From: Chthoniobacteraceae bacterium
GTDB taxonomy: Bacteria > Verrucomicrobiota > Verrucomicrobiia > Chthoniobacterales > Chthoniobacteraceae
Length of the DNA stretch: 11,866 bases
Direction: 5' to 3'
Assembly (NCBI GenBank): GCA_031409335.1
Contig: JANNWY010000234.1
Location: forward strand, 1-11,866
Part shown: positions 1 through 9,028 of the stretch, in pieces
How the letters are laid out: every line of letters begins with the position of its first letter
Numbering within the stretch: position 1 is the first letter of the stretch
Notes under the pieces: generated by a model
Database searches by the model: none
Seen by the model: only the letters and a program-made list of their open reading frames with translations
What the model was told of the DNA's origin: nothing
Translations under genes and position numbers: made by a program

Positions 1-3000
1 CGATTTTCGACGAATACGTTTCCAAGCTGGGAGCGGTCGCATCCTTACCGCTACATCGCGCACAACGGCGAGATCAACACGCTGCGCGGGAACATCAACT
101 GGATGAAGGCGCGCGAGGCGCTGCTGGAGAGCCCGCTTTTCGGGGAGGACATGAAGAAGGTTTTGCCGATCGTGAATCCGAATGGGTCGGACTCGGCGAT
201 GTTCGACAACGTTCTCGAACTGCTGGTGATGGGCGGGCGCTCGCTGCCGCACGCGATGATGATGATGATCCCGGAGCCGTGGACGGGGCATGAGTCGATG
301 AGCGATGAGAAGAAGGCGTTTTACGAATACCACTCGTGCCTGATGGAGCCGTGGGATGGGCCGGCGTCGGTGGCTTTCACCGATGGGACGATGATTGGCG
401 CGACGCTGGATCGCAATGGGCTGCGGCCGTCGCGCTACTACGTGACGAAGGACGATCTCGTCATCATGGCGAGCGAAGCGGGCGTGCTGCCGATCGCGCC
501 GGAGCGGATCGCGCACAAGGGGCGCTTGCAGCCGGGGCGGATGTTCATCGTCGATATGGAGCAGGGCCGCATCGTGCCGGACGACGAGATCAAGAACTCG
601 ATCGCGGCGGAGCAGCCGTATCGCGAGTGGATCGACAAACACATGGTCGAGCTCGCGGACGTGAAAGATCCCGAGCAGGCGATCCCGCCGACGCACGATG
701 AGCTGCTGAAAATCCAGCAGGCGTTTGGCTACACGTTTGAAGATTTGCGGCTGCTGATGGTGCCGATGGCGCGCGATGGCGTGGAGGCCGTGGGCTCGAT
801 GGGCACGGACACGCCGCTCGCGGTGCTCTCGCACAAATCGAAGCTGCTGTACGATTACTTCCAGCAGCTTTTCGCGCAGGTCACGAATCCGCCGATCGAC
901 TGCATCCGCGAGGAGATCATCACTTCATCCGAGACGACCATCGGGCCGGAGCGGAATCTTTTGAAGCCGGAGCCGGAGAGCTGCCATCTCATCGAGTTGA
1001 AATCGCCGATTCTCAGCAACGAGGAGCTTTCCAAACTGCGGCATGTGGCGCAGGGCGAATTCAAGTCGGTGACGATCCCGACGCTGTTCGATCCGAAGTC
1101 CGGCGTGACGGGGCTCAAGTCCGCGCTTGATGGAGTCTTCGCGCAAGCGGACACGTGCATCGCAAACGGGGTGAACATCATCATTCTCTCCGACCGTGGT
1201 GTGAACAAAACCAGCGCGCCGATTCCCGCGCTGCTCGCGGTCGCGGGGCTGCATCACCACCTCATCCGGCAGGGCACGCGGACGCGAGTCGGGCTCGTGC
1301 TGGAAAGTGGCGAGCCGCGCGAGGTGCATCACTTCGCTGTGCTGATCGGTTACGGCTGCGGGGCGATCAATCCGTATCTCGCGTTCGAGACGCTCGACGA
1401 CATGATCCGGCAGCGCCTGCTGGAGAAAGTGGATCACAAGACCGCGTGCAAAAATTACATCAAGTCGGCGACGAAAGGCGTGATCAAGGTCGCGTCGAAG
1501 ATCGGCATCTCGACAATGCAGAGCTACCTCGGCGCGCAGATTTTCGAGGCGGTTGGTTTGAACAAGGCGTTGGTGGACGAATACTTCTCGTGGACGGCGA
1601 CGCGCATCCAGGGCGCGGACCTCGCGGTGATCGCGCAGGAATCCATCGCGCGGCACGCCCACGCTTTCCCCGACCGCCAGGTGAACGGGCACACGCTCGA
1701 AGTCGGCGGTGAATATCAGTGGCGCAAGGAAGGCGAGGCGCACCTCTTCAGCCCGCAGACGATTCACACTTTGCAAAAAGCGGTGCGCACCGGGAACTAC
1801 GCGACTTTCCAGCAATACTCCGCGCTGGTGAACGAGCAGGGGACGCAGCATTTCACATTGCGCGGGATGCTCGATTTCAAAGCGCAAACGCCGATCCCGA
1901 TCGAGGAAGTGGATAGCGTGGAAAAGATCGTGTCGCGTTTCAAAACGGGCGCGATGAGCTATGGCTCGATCTCGAAGGAGGCGCACGAGGCGCTCGCCAT
2001 CGCGATGAATCGCATCGGTGGAAAATCGAACACCGGCGAAGGTGGCGAAGACCCCGCGCGATACACGTGGACGAACGATCGCGGCGACTCGAAGAACAGC
2101 GCGATCAAGCAGGTCGCCTCGGGCCGCTTCGGCGTGACGAGCCTGTATCTTTCGCAGGCGCGGGAGCTGCAAATCAAGATGGCGCAAGGCGCAAAGCCCG
2201 GCGAAGGCGGACAGCTTCCCGGTCTCAAAGTGAATCCAGAGATTGCCAAGACGCGCAATTCGACGCCGGGCGTAGGTCTCATTTCGCCGCCGCCGCATCA
2301 CGACATTTACTCGATCGAAGATCTCGCGGAGTTGATCCACGATTTGAAGAACGCGAACCGCGAAGCGCGCATCAGCGTGAAACTCGTCTCGGAAGTCGGC
2401 GTCGGCACGATCGCCGCGGGCGTGGCGAAAGCGCACTCGGATGTCGTGCTCATCTCCGGCTTCGACGGCGGCACCGGCGCGAGCCCGCAGACTTCCATCA
2501 AACACGCTGGCCTGCCGTGGGAACTCGGCCTCGCAGAAACGCACCAGACGCTCGTGCTCAACAATCTGCGCTCGCGCATCGTCGTCGAGGCCGACGGCCA
2601 GATGAAGACGGGGCGCGACGTGGTGGTCGCCGCGCTGCTCGGGGCCGAGGAATTCGGCTTCGCCACCGCGCCGCTCGTCACGCTCGGCTGCGTCATGATG
2701 CGCGTCTGCCATCTCAATACGTGCCCCGTCGGCGTTGCCACCCAGAACCCGGAACTGCGCAAAAACTTTACCGGCGATCCCGAGCACGCTGTCAATTTCA
2801 TGAAATTCATCGCGCAGGAAGTGCGTGAGCTGATGGCGCAGCTCGGCTTCCGCACGATCGAGGAAATGGTCGGGCGCACCGACATGCTGGAGCCGCGGAA
2901 GGCCATCGAGCATTGGAAAGCGAAAGGTCTCGACCTTTCCAACCTGCTCTACCAGCCGAACGTCGGTCCCGAAGTCGGACGTTTCTGCCAGCAGGCGCAG

Positions 3001-3894
3001 GATCACGGCCTCGACAAGTCGCTCGACATCACCACGCTGCTCGACCACTGCAAACCGGCGATCGAGCGCGGCGAAAAAGTCACGGGCCGCTTCGACATCA
3101 TCAACGTCAACCGCGTCGTCGGCACGATCCTCGGCAACGAGATCACAAAACGCCACTGGCACGGTCTGCCCGATGACACGGTGCGTCTGCACTTCGATGG
3201 CAGCGCGGGGCAGAGTTTCGGCGCGTTCATTCCCAAAGGCGTGACGCTCGAACTCGAAGGCGACGCGAACGACTACGTCGGCAAAGGCATGAGCGGCGGC
3301 AAGATCATCGTCTATCCGCCCGCCGGCTCCACGTTTGCCGCCGAGGAAAACATCATCGCCGGCAACGTCGCACTCTACGGTGCGACGGGCGGCGAGCTGT
3401 ATCTGCGCGGCATGGCGGGCGAGCGTTTCGCGGTGCGCAACTCGGGCGTGAATGCGGTTGTCGAAGGCGTCGGCGACCACGGCTGCGAATACATGACTGG
3501 CGGCAAAGTCGTCATCCTCGGCGCCACCGGCCGCAATTTCGCCGCAGGCATGAGCGGCGGCACTGCCTACATCCTCGACGAAACCGGGGACGCCGCGGCG
3601 CGCATCAACACACAAATGGTCGCGCTGGAAAAAGTGGAAGACCCCGACGAAATCGAAGCCATCCACGCCCTGGTGAAAAACCACGCGGATTACACAAAAA
3701 GCCAGAAGGCCTTCAAGGTCCTCGCGCTTTGGGAAGAGATGGTGCCGAAATTCGTGAAGGTGATGCCGAAGGATTACAAACGCGTCCTGCAAGCATTAAA
3801 GAAAGCCGAGCAAGACGGCCTCAGCGGCGACGACGCCCTGAACGCCGCCTTCGAAGCCAACGCCCGCGACGTGGCGCGGATCGGGGGAAGTTAG
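1..3894 (+). CDS. gltB: Glutamate synthase (GOGAT) large subunit, 5'-truncated by the window edge
   Basis: Frame 1 is open from base 1 ([34 protein letters not shown]) into the listed ORF at 103, so the ATG at 103 is internal. Conserved GltB motifs: [66 protein letters not shown] (FMN domain), [19 protein letters not shown] (3Fe-4S) and the C-terminal GXGXG beta-helix ([22 protein letters not shown]). Stop is TAG at 3892-3894. Confidence 0.98.
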   Translation, partial: RFSTNTFPSWERSHPYRYIAHNGEINTLRGNINWMKAREALLESPLFGEDMKKVLPIVNPNGSDSAMFDNVLELLVMGGRSLPHAMMMMIPEPWTGHESMSDEKKAFYEYHSCLMEPWDGPASVAFTDGTMIGATLDRNGLRPSRYYVTKDDLVIMASEAGVLPIAPERIAHKGRLQPGRMFIVDMEQGRIVPDDEIKNSIAAEQPYREWIDKHMVELADVKDPEQAIPPTHDELLKIQQAFGYTFEDLRLLMVPMARDGVEAVGSMGTDTPLAVLSHKSKLLYDYFQQLFAQVTNPPIDCIREEIITSSETTIGPERNLLKPEPESCHLIELKSPILSNEELSKLRHVAQGEFKSVTIPTLFDPKSGVTGLKSALDGVFAQADTCIANGVNIIILSDRGVNKTSAPIPALLAVAGLHHHLIRQGTRTRVGLVLESGEPREVHHFAVLIGYGCGAINPYLAFETLDDMIRQRLLEKVDHKTACKNYIKSATKGVIKVASKIGISTMQSYLGAQIFEAVGLNKALVDEYFSWTATRIQGADLAVIAQESIARHAHAFPDRQVNGHTLEVGGEYQWRKEGEAHLFSPQTIHTLQKAVRTGNYATFQQYSALVNEQGTQHFTLRGMLDFKAQTPIPIEEVDSVEKIVSRFKTGAMSYGSISKEAHEALAIAMNRIGGKSNTGEGGEDPARYTWTNDRGDSKNSAIKQVASGRFGVTSLYLSQARELQIKMAQGAKPGEGGQLPGLKVNPEIAKTRNSTPGVGLISPPPHHDIYSIEDLAELIHDLKNANREARISVKLVSEVGVGTIAAGVAKAHSDVVLISGFDGGTGASPQTSIKHAGLPWELGLAETHQTLVLNNLRSRIVVEADGQMKTGRDVVVAALLGAEEFGFATAPLVTLGCVMMRVCHLNTCPVGVATQNPELRKNFTGDPEHAVNFMKFIAQEVRELMAQLGFRTIEEMVGRTDMLEPRKAIEHWKAKGLDLSNLLYQPNVGPEVGRFCQQAQDHGLDKSLDITTLLDHCKPAIERGEKVTGRFDIINVNRVVGTILGNEITKRHWHGLPDDTVRLHFDGSAGQSFGAFIPKGVTLELEGDANDYVGKGMSGGKIIVYPPAGSTFAAEENIIAGNVALYGATGGELYLRGMAGERFAVRNSGVNAVVEGVGDHGCEYMTGGKVVILGATGRNFAAGMSGGTAYILDETGDAAARINTQMVALEKVEDPDEIEAIHALVKNHADYTKSQKAFKVLALWEEMVPKFVKVMPKDYKRVLQALKKAEQDGLSGDDALNAAFEANARDVARIGGS

Positions 3895-3924
3895 AAATAG
3901 CCTTTCAGACGCGCGCTTAGCGAA

Positions 3925-3930
3925 TAACCT
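3925..3930 (+). promoter_or_regulatory. Putative -10 element (TAACCT) for a possibly leaderless hicBA transcript
   Basis: A TANNNT hexamer ends 6 nt before the hicB ATG (3937). No Shine-Dalgarno is visible. A weak -35-like TTCAGA lies at 3904-3909 (15-nt spacer). Confidence 0.3.
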
Positions 3931-3936
3931 CAACTC

Positions 3937-4203
3937 ATGCTCACCGAATATACTGACGCCGCGATGAGGGAAGCTCATTACGAATTGATGGAAGACGCTC
4001 GTTTCTTTGGTGACATCCCATCGTGCGATGGATGCTGGGCTGACGGTTCCACGCTGGAAGAATGCCGCGAGAATTTGCGCAATGCACTTGATGCCTGGGT
4101 TATCATCGGTCTCCGGCTTGGGCATGAACTGCCGGTCATTGCGGGCGTGGATCTGAACTACACTGCCGCGTCTCCGTCGCCAGAGTATGCCGAAACCAAT
4201 TAG
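3937..4203 (+). CDS. hicB: HicB-family antitoxin, short form (88 aa, no C-terminal DNA-binding domain evident)
   Basis: Shows the HicB partial RNase H-fold pattern 'YELMEDARFFGDIPSCDGCWADGSTLEECRENLRNALDAWVIIGLRLGHELP' (IP..GC...G.TLEE...NL..AL). It overlaps a HicA-like ORF by 17 nt. Confidence 0.88.
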   Translation: MLTEYTDAAMREAHYELMEDARFFGDIPSCDGCWADGSTLEECRENLRNALDAWVIIGLRLGHELPVIAGVDLNYTAASPSPEYAETN

Positions 4204-4405
4204 TCGCCGTGAATTGATTCGACGTTTGCGTGCAATGGGCTGGGAAGGTCCGCGCTCGGCAGGTCCGCACATGGTCATGTTGAAAGAAGGTCGTCGGATC
4301 AGTGTTCCGAATCCTCACGGAGGAGATATTGACTGGACACTTACAAAACGGATTCTGAAAAAGGCGCGTATCGACCCCGCCGCCTGGGATAGTCTGGGCT
4401 CTTAG
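4187..4405 (+). CDS. hicA: HicA-family toxin (dsRBD-like mRNA interferase, 72 aa)
   Basis: Small basic protein with the HicA pattern 'RELIRRLRAMGW...SAGPHMVM....RRISVPNPHGGDI...L.KRILKKA', including the G-x-H motif with the putative catalytic His. Adjacent to hicB. Confidence 0.88.
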   Translation: MPKPISRRELIRRLRAMGWEGPRSAGPHMVMLKEGRRISVPNPHGGDIDWTLTKRILKKARIDPAAWDSLGS

Positions 4406-4489
4406 TCATCGAACTCTTTCTTTGAGTTACTCATGCTGTCACCGCATCGACCACCTTCAAAAAATCTTAAATCCAAGTAGCAAACCGAA

Positions 4490-5974
4490 ATGGGAAAACC
4501 AACAGGCTTCATCGACTATCTCCGCGAAATCCCCGCCGACCGCGCTCCGCTCGAACGCACGCGCGACTGGGGGGAATTTCACCTTCACATGCCGGAGGAA
4601 AAACTCCGCACGCAGGGCGCGCGCTGCATGGATTGCGGCATCCCGTTTTGCCACACGGGCACGCTCATCAGCGGGATGGCGAGCGGGTGTCCGGTGAATA
4701 ATCTGATCCCGGAGTGGAACGATCTCGTCTATCGCGGGCTGTGGAAAGAGGCGCTGGAGCGGCTGCATAAGACGAACAATTTTCCCGAGTTCACCGGGCG
4801 CATCTGCCCCGCGCCGTGCGAAGGCTCGTGCGTGCTCGGCATCAATGAACCGCCGGTCACGATCAAAAACATCGAGGTTTCGATCATCGACAAAGGCTGG
4901 GATGAAGGCTGGGTCACCGCGCAACCGCCGCAGGTGCGCACGGGTAAAAAGATCGCCGTGATCGGGTCCGGTCCCGCCGGGCTGTGCGCGGCGGCGCAAT
5001 TGAATCGCGCGGGACACATCGTCACGGTTTTCGAGCGCGCGGATCGTCCGGGCGGGCTGCTGATGTATGGCATCCCGAACATGAAGCTGGATAAGAACGA
5101 GGTCGTCATGCGCCGCATCCGGCTGATGGAAGCGGAAGGCATCACCTTTCGCTGCAACACCGAGGTCGGGAAAGATATCACTGCCGAACAGCTCCGTGAG
5201 GATTTCGACGCCACGATCATCGCCACCGGCGCGACAAAACCGCGCGATCTTCCCATCGAAGGCCGCGAGCTGAAGGGCATCCATTTCGCGATGGATTTCC
5301 TCACCGCGAACACGCGCTCTGTCCTCGATCAGCACAAGAACGGCAACTTCATCACGGCGGAGGGCAAGGATGTCGTCATCATCGGCGGCGGCGACACCGG
5401 CACCGACTGCGTGGGAACATCCATGCGCCACGTCTGCCGCAGTCTCGTGCAGGTCGAAATCCTCCCCAAACCGCCACTCGATCGCGCGAAAGACAACCCG
5501 TGGCCCGAGTGGCCGAAGGTTTACAAACTCGACTACGGCCAGGAGGAAGCCGCCGCGAGATTTGGCGACGACCCGCGCGTTTACACGACGACTGCGACGA
5601 AGTTCGAGGGCGACGAAAGCGGCCACGTCAAAGCCATCCACACCGTGCAGGTGGAATGGGCGCGCAACGACAAAGGCCAGTTCATTCCAAAAAACCTCCC
5701 CGGCACCGAAAAGGTGCTGCCCGCGCAGCTCGTCCTGCTCGCGATGGGTTTCCTCGGACCGGAGCAGCCGTTGCTCGACTCACTCGGCGTCGAGCGCGAC
5801 GCGCGCAGCAACGTGAAAGCGGATTTTGAAAAGTACCACACCAGCATCCCCAGCGTCTTCGCCGCCGGGGACTGCCGCCGCGGTCAAAGCCTCGTCGTCT
5901 GGGCCTTCAACGAAGGCCGCGGTGCCGCGCGCGAGTGCGACCGCTGGCTCATGGGCCACACGGATTTGCCGTAA
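4490..5974 (+). CDS. gltD: Glutamate synthase small subunit (likely NADH-type)
   Basis: MGKPTGF start, Fe-S motifs [11 protein letters not shown]...GCP and [23 protein letters not shown]-binding [16 protein letters not shown], second Rossmann motif [11 protein letters not shown] and C-terminal [16 protein letters not shown]. Lies downstream of gltB. Confidence 0.98.
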   Translation: MGKPTGFIDYLREIPADRAPLERTRDWGEFHLHMPEEKLRTQGARCMDCGIPFCHTGTLISGMASGCPVNNLIPEWNDLVYRGLWKEALERLHKTNNFPEFTGRICPAPCEGSCVLGINEPPVTIKNIEVSIIDKGWDEGWVTAQPPQVRTGKKIAVIGSGPAGLCAAAQLNRAGHIVTVFERADRPGGLLMYGIPNMKLDKNEVVMRRIRLMEAEGITFRCNTEVGKDITAEQLREDFDATIIATGATKPRDLPIEGRELKGIHFAMDFLTANTRSVLDQHKNGNFITAEGKDVVIIGGGDTGTDCVGTSMRHVCRSLVQVEILPKPPLDRAKDNPWPEWPKVYKLDYGQEEAAARFGDDPRVYTTTATKFEGDESGHVKAIHTVQVEWARNDKGQFIPKNLPGTEKVLPAQLVLLAMGFLGPEQPLLDSLGVERDARSNVKADFEKYHTSIPSVFAAGDCRRGQSLVVWAFNEGRGAARECDRWLMGHTDLP

Positions 5975-5987
5975 GTTTTCGGCGCGG

Positions 5988-7382
5988 TTAGCGTCCGGGC
6001 ACTTTTGAACTCGTCGCTCGCGACCGCGTGGCAGCGGCCGCGGGCGTCGGCGCGGGTGCGGGCCTGGCCTTTGCGGAAGTTTTCACCGCAGTCGCCCGCC
6101 GCGTCGTGGGAACTTTCGGCTCTGGCACGAGCGATGGCAGATCGAGGTACTTGTCGAAATCTTTTTGCGTGTAGGTCTTGTTCACCAGTTCCGTCCGCCC
6201 GATTTCCGCGGCGGTCACGCTTTCGATTTCCGCGCGCCCGTTCACGATCGTCGGCGTGAGGAAAATCATCAGCTCGCTTTTCACGTCGCTTTTCACGGTG
6301 CGGCGAAAGGGCATCCCGATCACGCCGGGGATGTCGCCGAGCAGCGGGATTTTCCGCACCGATTCGATCTTCTGCGTCTGCATCAGTCCGCCGATCACGA
6401 CCGTCTTTCCATTCGGCGTCACCACCACGGTTTCCGCGGAACGCTTCGCGATCACGGGCGCGCTGGCATTGCTGGAAATCGGCACGCTTTGATCCGTGAG
6501 CGACGAAATCTCCGGCGCGACGATCATCTCGACCATGCCTTCCGAAGTGATGAACGGCGTCACGCGCAGGATCACGCCGACGTTGTCGTAGGTGATCGTG
6601 TTGATGATGTTTCCGTTGTTGTCCGTGCGGCTGTTCGTCACGAACGGCACTTCCTGCCCGACCACGATCACGGCTTCCTGATTGTTGCGCGCCATGATCG
6701 AAGGCCGCGAGAGCACCTCCACTTTTCCTTTCGTGGAAAGCGCGCGGATCGTCGCGCTCCAGTCGTCGTTGAGGATGCGGGCGAATGTCCCATCCGTCGG
6801 ATTCGGGATCACGCCGCCGAACAGGCTGCCGCCAGTGACACCATTCGCGAGCACCGCGGCCTGCGCGAGGTCGGTCACGAGGCTGCTGGTTTTCGTCGTC
6901 GTCACGCCATTGGTCGTGCTCGCGCTACTGGTCGCGACCGTGGAATTGCCCGTCTTCGCGCCGGTCGCAGTGCCATTGTTAAAGGTGTAATTCGCCTCGA
7001 CGCCGATGTCGGAGCCCTTGTTGTAGGTCACTTCCACGAAGACGACTTTGATGAGCACCTGCGGCTTCGGCTGGTCGATCGTCTTCACGACTTTCATCAA
7101 TTCCGCATGCGTCTCCTCATCGGTCACGATCATCAGCGAGCGCGTCTCGGGATCGACCTGGATGATCGCGTCGCCGAGTTCCGTGTTGCTGCGATACTGG
7201 CGCGTGCCGGTCGCGGAGGTGCGATTGCCGCCCGCGCTGAGGCCGCCGCCGGTGCCGCGGTTGGTGGCACCAGTGCCGCCGCGAGTGGCGCCGCCTGGCC
7301 GCGCCGTCTGCGCGTGCAGCGGTGCGGTGAGCAGGAGCGCCGCCAAGGGCAGCGCGAGGATTTGGATGAGATTTTTTTTCAT
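5988..7382 (-). CDS. gspD: Secretin (GspD/PulD-type), C-terminal part: signal peptide + second half of an N-domain + secretin core
   Basis: Sec signal peptide MKKNLIQILALPLAALLLTAPLHA|Q, then a G/T/R-rich linker, then 'IQVDPETRSLMIV...ELMKVVKTID'. Canonical secretin motifs follow: QPKPQVLIKVVFVEV, VLSRPSIMARNNQEAVIVVGQEVPF, NVGVILRVTPFI, TVVIGGLM, KIPLLGDIP, ELMIFLTPTIV. Ends in a P/A/R-rich tail. Confidence 0.92.
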   Translation of the reverse strand: MKKNLIQILALPLAALLLTAPLHAQTARPGGATRGGTGATNRGTGGGLSAGGNRTSATGTRQYRSNTELGDAIIQVDPETRSLMIVTDEETHAELMKVVKTIDQPKPQVLIKVVFVEVTYNKGSDIGVEANYTFNNGTATGAKTGNSTVATSSASTTNGVTTTKTSSLVTDLAQAAVLANGVTGGSLFGGVIPNPTDGTFARILNDDWSATIRALSTKGKVEVLSRPSIMARNNQEAVIVVGQEVPFVTNSRTDNNGNIINTITYDNVGVILRVTPFITSEGMVEMIVAPEISSLTDQSVPISSNASAPVIAKRSAETVVVTPNGKTVVIGGLMQTQKIESVRKIPLLGDIPGVIGMPFRRTVKSDVKSELMIFLTPTIVNGRAEIESVTAAEIGRTELVNKTYTQKDFDKYLDLPSLVPEPKVPTTRRATAVKTSAKARPAPAPTPAAAATRSRATSSKVPGR

Positions 7383-7418
7383 GGAAAAAAGTGAGTGCGT
7401 GGCGAGTCGTGGAAAATC

Positions 7419-8996
7419 TCAACGTCCGCTCCGGCCACCGCCACCGCCACCGCCGCCGTTGTTCGAGAAATCCGAAGTGTCCATCGTCGCGCCCTGCGTG
7501 CTGCGGTCGTTGAGCCGGTTGTTTTGCTGCGTGCTGGAAATCGCCGACTGGTCGCCGAGCACGCCGCGCAGGACGGTCGCGACCGTGTCCGGGTCCGCGT
7601 TTTCCAAACGATACGTGTACACGCGCTGCTTCTTCGCATCGGTCGCGTCGAGCCGCCCGACGGTTTCCGCGATCTGCATCATCGTGTCGCGCGAGGCGGT
7701 GACGACGAGCGAATTGGTGCGCGCATCGCCGACCGCAACCACCTTCGCCTGAAGCAGCGCGCGTTCGCTCGGCTGGCCGGTGCCGCTCGTCGGCTGCTGG
7801 CCGCCGAAGCCGCCAAAAAATCCGCCGAATCCACCGCGTCCACTTTGGCTGCGACCGTTGCGATTCTGCGAACTGTTCGATGTGTCTGGGTAAAGTTTCG
7901 TCAGCGTCTCCGCGAGTTCCGTCGCGTCCGCGTGGAGCAGCCGGAAAATCCGCGTCTCCGTCGTCGCGTCGATGCTCGTGTCCAGCTTCTCGACGACGCC
8001 CGTGATGTCCGGGATCAACTCCGCCGGCGCGCTCACGATCAGCGAATTGCTCTGCGCATCCGCCACCGCCACGATCCGCGACGCCGCCTGCCGCGCCTCG
8101 CTCTGCCCCGTGCCCGAACTACCCCCGGGCGTCCCTCCAAATCCGCCGAACCCCGGAAATCCACCGCCGCTGCTGCTGCCGCCACGATCCCGATTTCTCC
8201 CGCTGCTGCCGCCGCTCGTCGTCACTTGAAAGAGCGAAGTCACGATCGTCGCGAGTTCTTTCGCGTCCGCGAAGCGCAGCGGATAAACCTGAATCGTCGA
8301 GATGCTCGCCACCGACGTGTCGATCGCGCGAATGATCGTCGCGATGCGGCGGATATTCGTCTGCGTGTCGGTGAGCAGGATCGTGTTCGCGCTTTCGTTT
8401 GCGGTGATCGTCGCGTTTTCCGAAAGCAGCGACTGCAAATTCTCGACCAGCTTCGCCGCCTCGCCGTACCGCAGCGGCAGAATTTGCGTCACCATTTCAT
8501 CTTTGCGCGGGATCTGCTCGGGATCGCTGCCCTGATGCACCGGCAGATCGCGCTTCTGCGCATCCTTCCGGTTCACGATTTTCAAAATCCGCCCGTTACG
8601 AATCGCGATGAATCCCTTCTCGATCAGCACCGCATTCAGCAAATCCACCGCTTCCTCCGCGGAGATTTCCTGGCGGCTCGTCACATTCACCGTCCCGCTC
8701 ACCTGCGCCTCCTGTACGATGACAAAGCCCGCCGCTTCGCTCAGATAGTTCAGCACTTCGGTCAGCGGCGTGCCTTGGAAATTGAGGATGATGCCGCCTT
8801 TGCCCGCGGCTTTCGCGGGCGGCGTCGCCTCGGTTTTTGGAAGTGGCGCAGTCGCATCCGGCGCGGGTACCGCGACGGCAGGCGCGACCGGCTTCGGCAG
8901 CGCGACAGGTTCGGATTTCGGCTGCTGCGCGAACGCTGCGCAGGGCAGGAGTAGCAGCGCGGTGAGCAGTGCGATTTGGCGGGGCAGGGGATTCAT
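7419..8996 (-). CDS. Secretin N-terminal periplasmic module as a stand-alone protein (N0 + three complete NolW-like N-domains + first half of a fourth; no secretin core)
   Basis: Signal peptide MNPLPRQIALLTALLLLPCAAFA|QQ and a Pro/Ala linker. GspD N0 domain 'IILNFQGTPLTEVLNYLSE..GF..V....VSGTVNV.S...IS.EEA..LL..VL...GF'. Three repeats of the pattern '(I/V)xxL.(Y/F/H)..A..L...L ... N(S/T)L(I/L/V).....I...I..LD'. Ends with a half repeat 'RVYTYRLENADPDTVATVLRGVLG' and a Gly-rich tail. Stop is TGA at 7419-7421. Confidence 0.88.
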   Translation of the reverse strand: MNPLPRQIALLTALLLLPCAAFAQQPKSEPVALPKPVAPAVAVPAPDATAPLPKTEATPPAKAAGKGGIILNFQGTPLTEVLNYLSEAAGFVIVQEAQVSGTVNVTSRQEISAEEAVDLLNAVLIEKGFIAIRNGRILKIVNRKDAQKRDLPVHQGSDPEQIPRKDEMVTQILPLRYGEAAKLVENLQSLLSENATITANESANTILLTDTQTNIRRIATIIRAIDTSVASISTIQVYPLRFADAKELATIVTSLFQVTTSGGSSGRNRDRGGSSSGGGFPGFGGFGGTPGGSSGTGQSEARQAASRIVAVADAQSNSLIVSAPAELIPDITGVVEKLDTSIDATTETRIFRLLHADATELAETLTKLYPDTSNSSQNRNGRSQSGRGGFGGFFGGFGGQQPTSGTGQPSERALLQAKVVAVGDARTNSLVVTASRDTMMQIAETVGRLDATDAKKQRVYTYRLENADPDTVATVLRGVLGDQSAISSTQQNNRLNDRSTQGATMDTSDFSNNGGGGGGGGRSGR

Positions 8997-9028
8997 AGTG
9001 AGTCAGTGGTTAAGATATGGCGGCGAAA

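Noticed and set aside
103..105. ATG at 103 as the gltB start
   Set aside because: The frame is open from base 1 with conserved GltB sequence ([17 protein letters not shown]), so the real start is outside the window.
925..3792. 955-aa antisense ORF opposite gltB (also 4457-5641, 6165-7394, 7395-8954, 10027-11460 and similar)
   Set aside because: Shadow ORFs typical of GC-rich codon bias on the opposite strand of well-supported genes; no recognisable motifs.
4412..4428. AACTC-tttcttt-GAGTT hairpin after hicA as a terminator
   Set aside because: Only a 5-bp AT-rich stem and no following U-tract.
4433..4480. 15-aa ORF MLSPHRPPSKNLKSK in frame with and 9 nt upstream of gltD
   Set aside because: No Glu/Gln-rich leader character, no attenuator structure and no RBS; likely chance.
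7432..7458. (CCGCCA)n repeat as a contingency locus
   Set aside because: It simply encodes the poly-Gly tail (GGC/GGT codons) of the secretin N-module, and the 6-nt unit keeps frame.
8940..8951. Cys19 of the secretin N-module as a lipoprotein anchor
   Set aside because: LLPC does not match the lipobox consensus, and AFA|Q is a good signal peptidase I site.
5988..8996. gspD as a pseudogene broken by a nonsense mutation
   Set aside because: The downstream half has its own complete signal peptide, both halves keep intact motifs, and the break lies in a flexible loop. Not fully excluded without reads.
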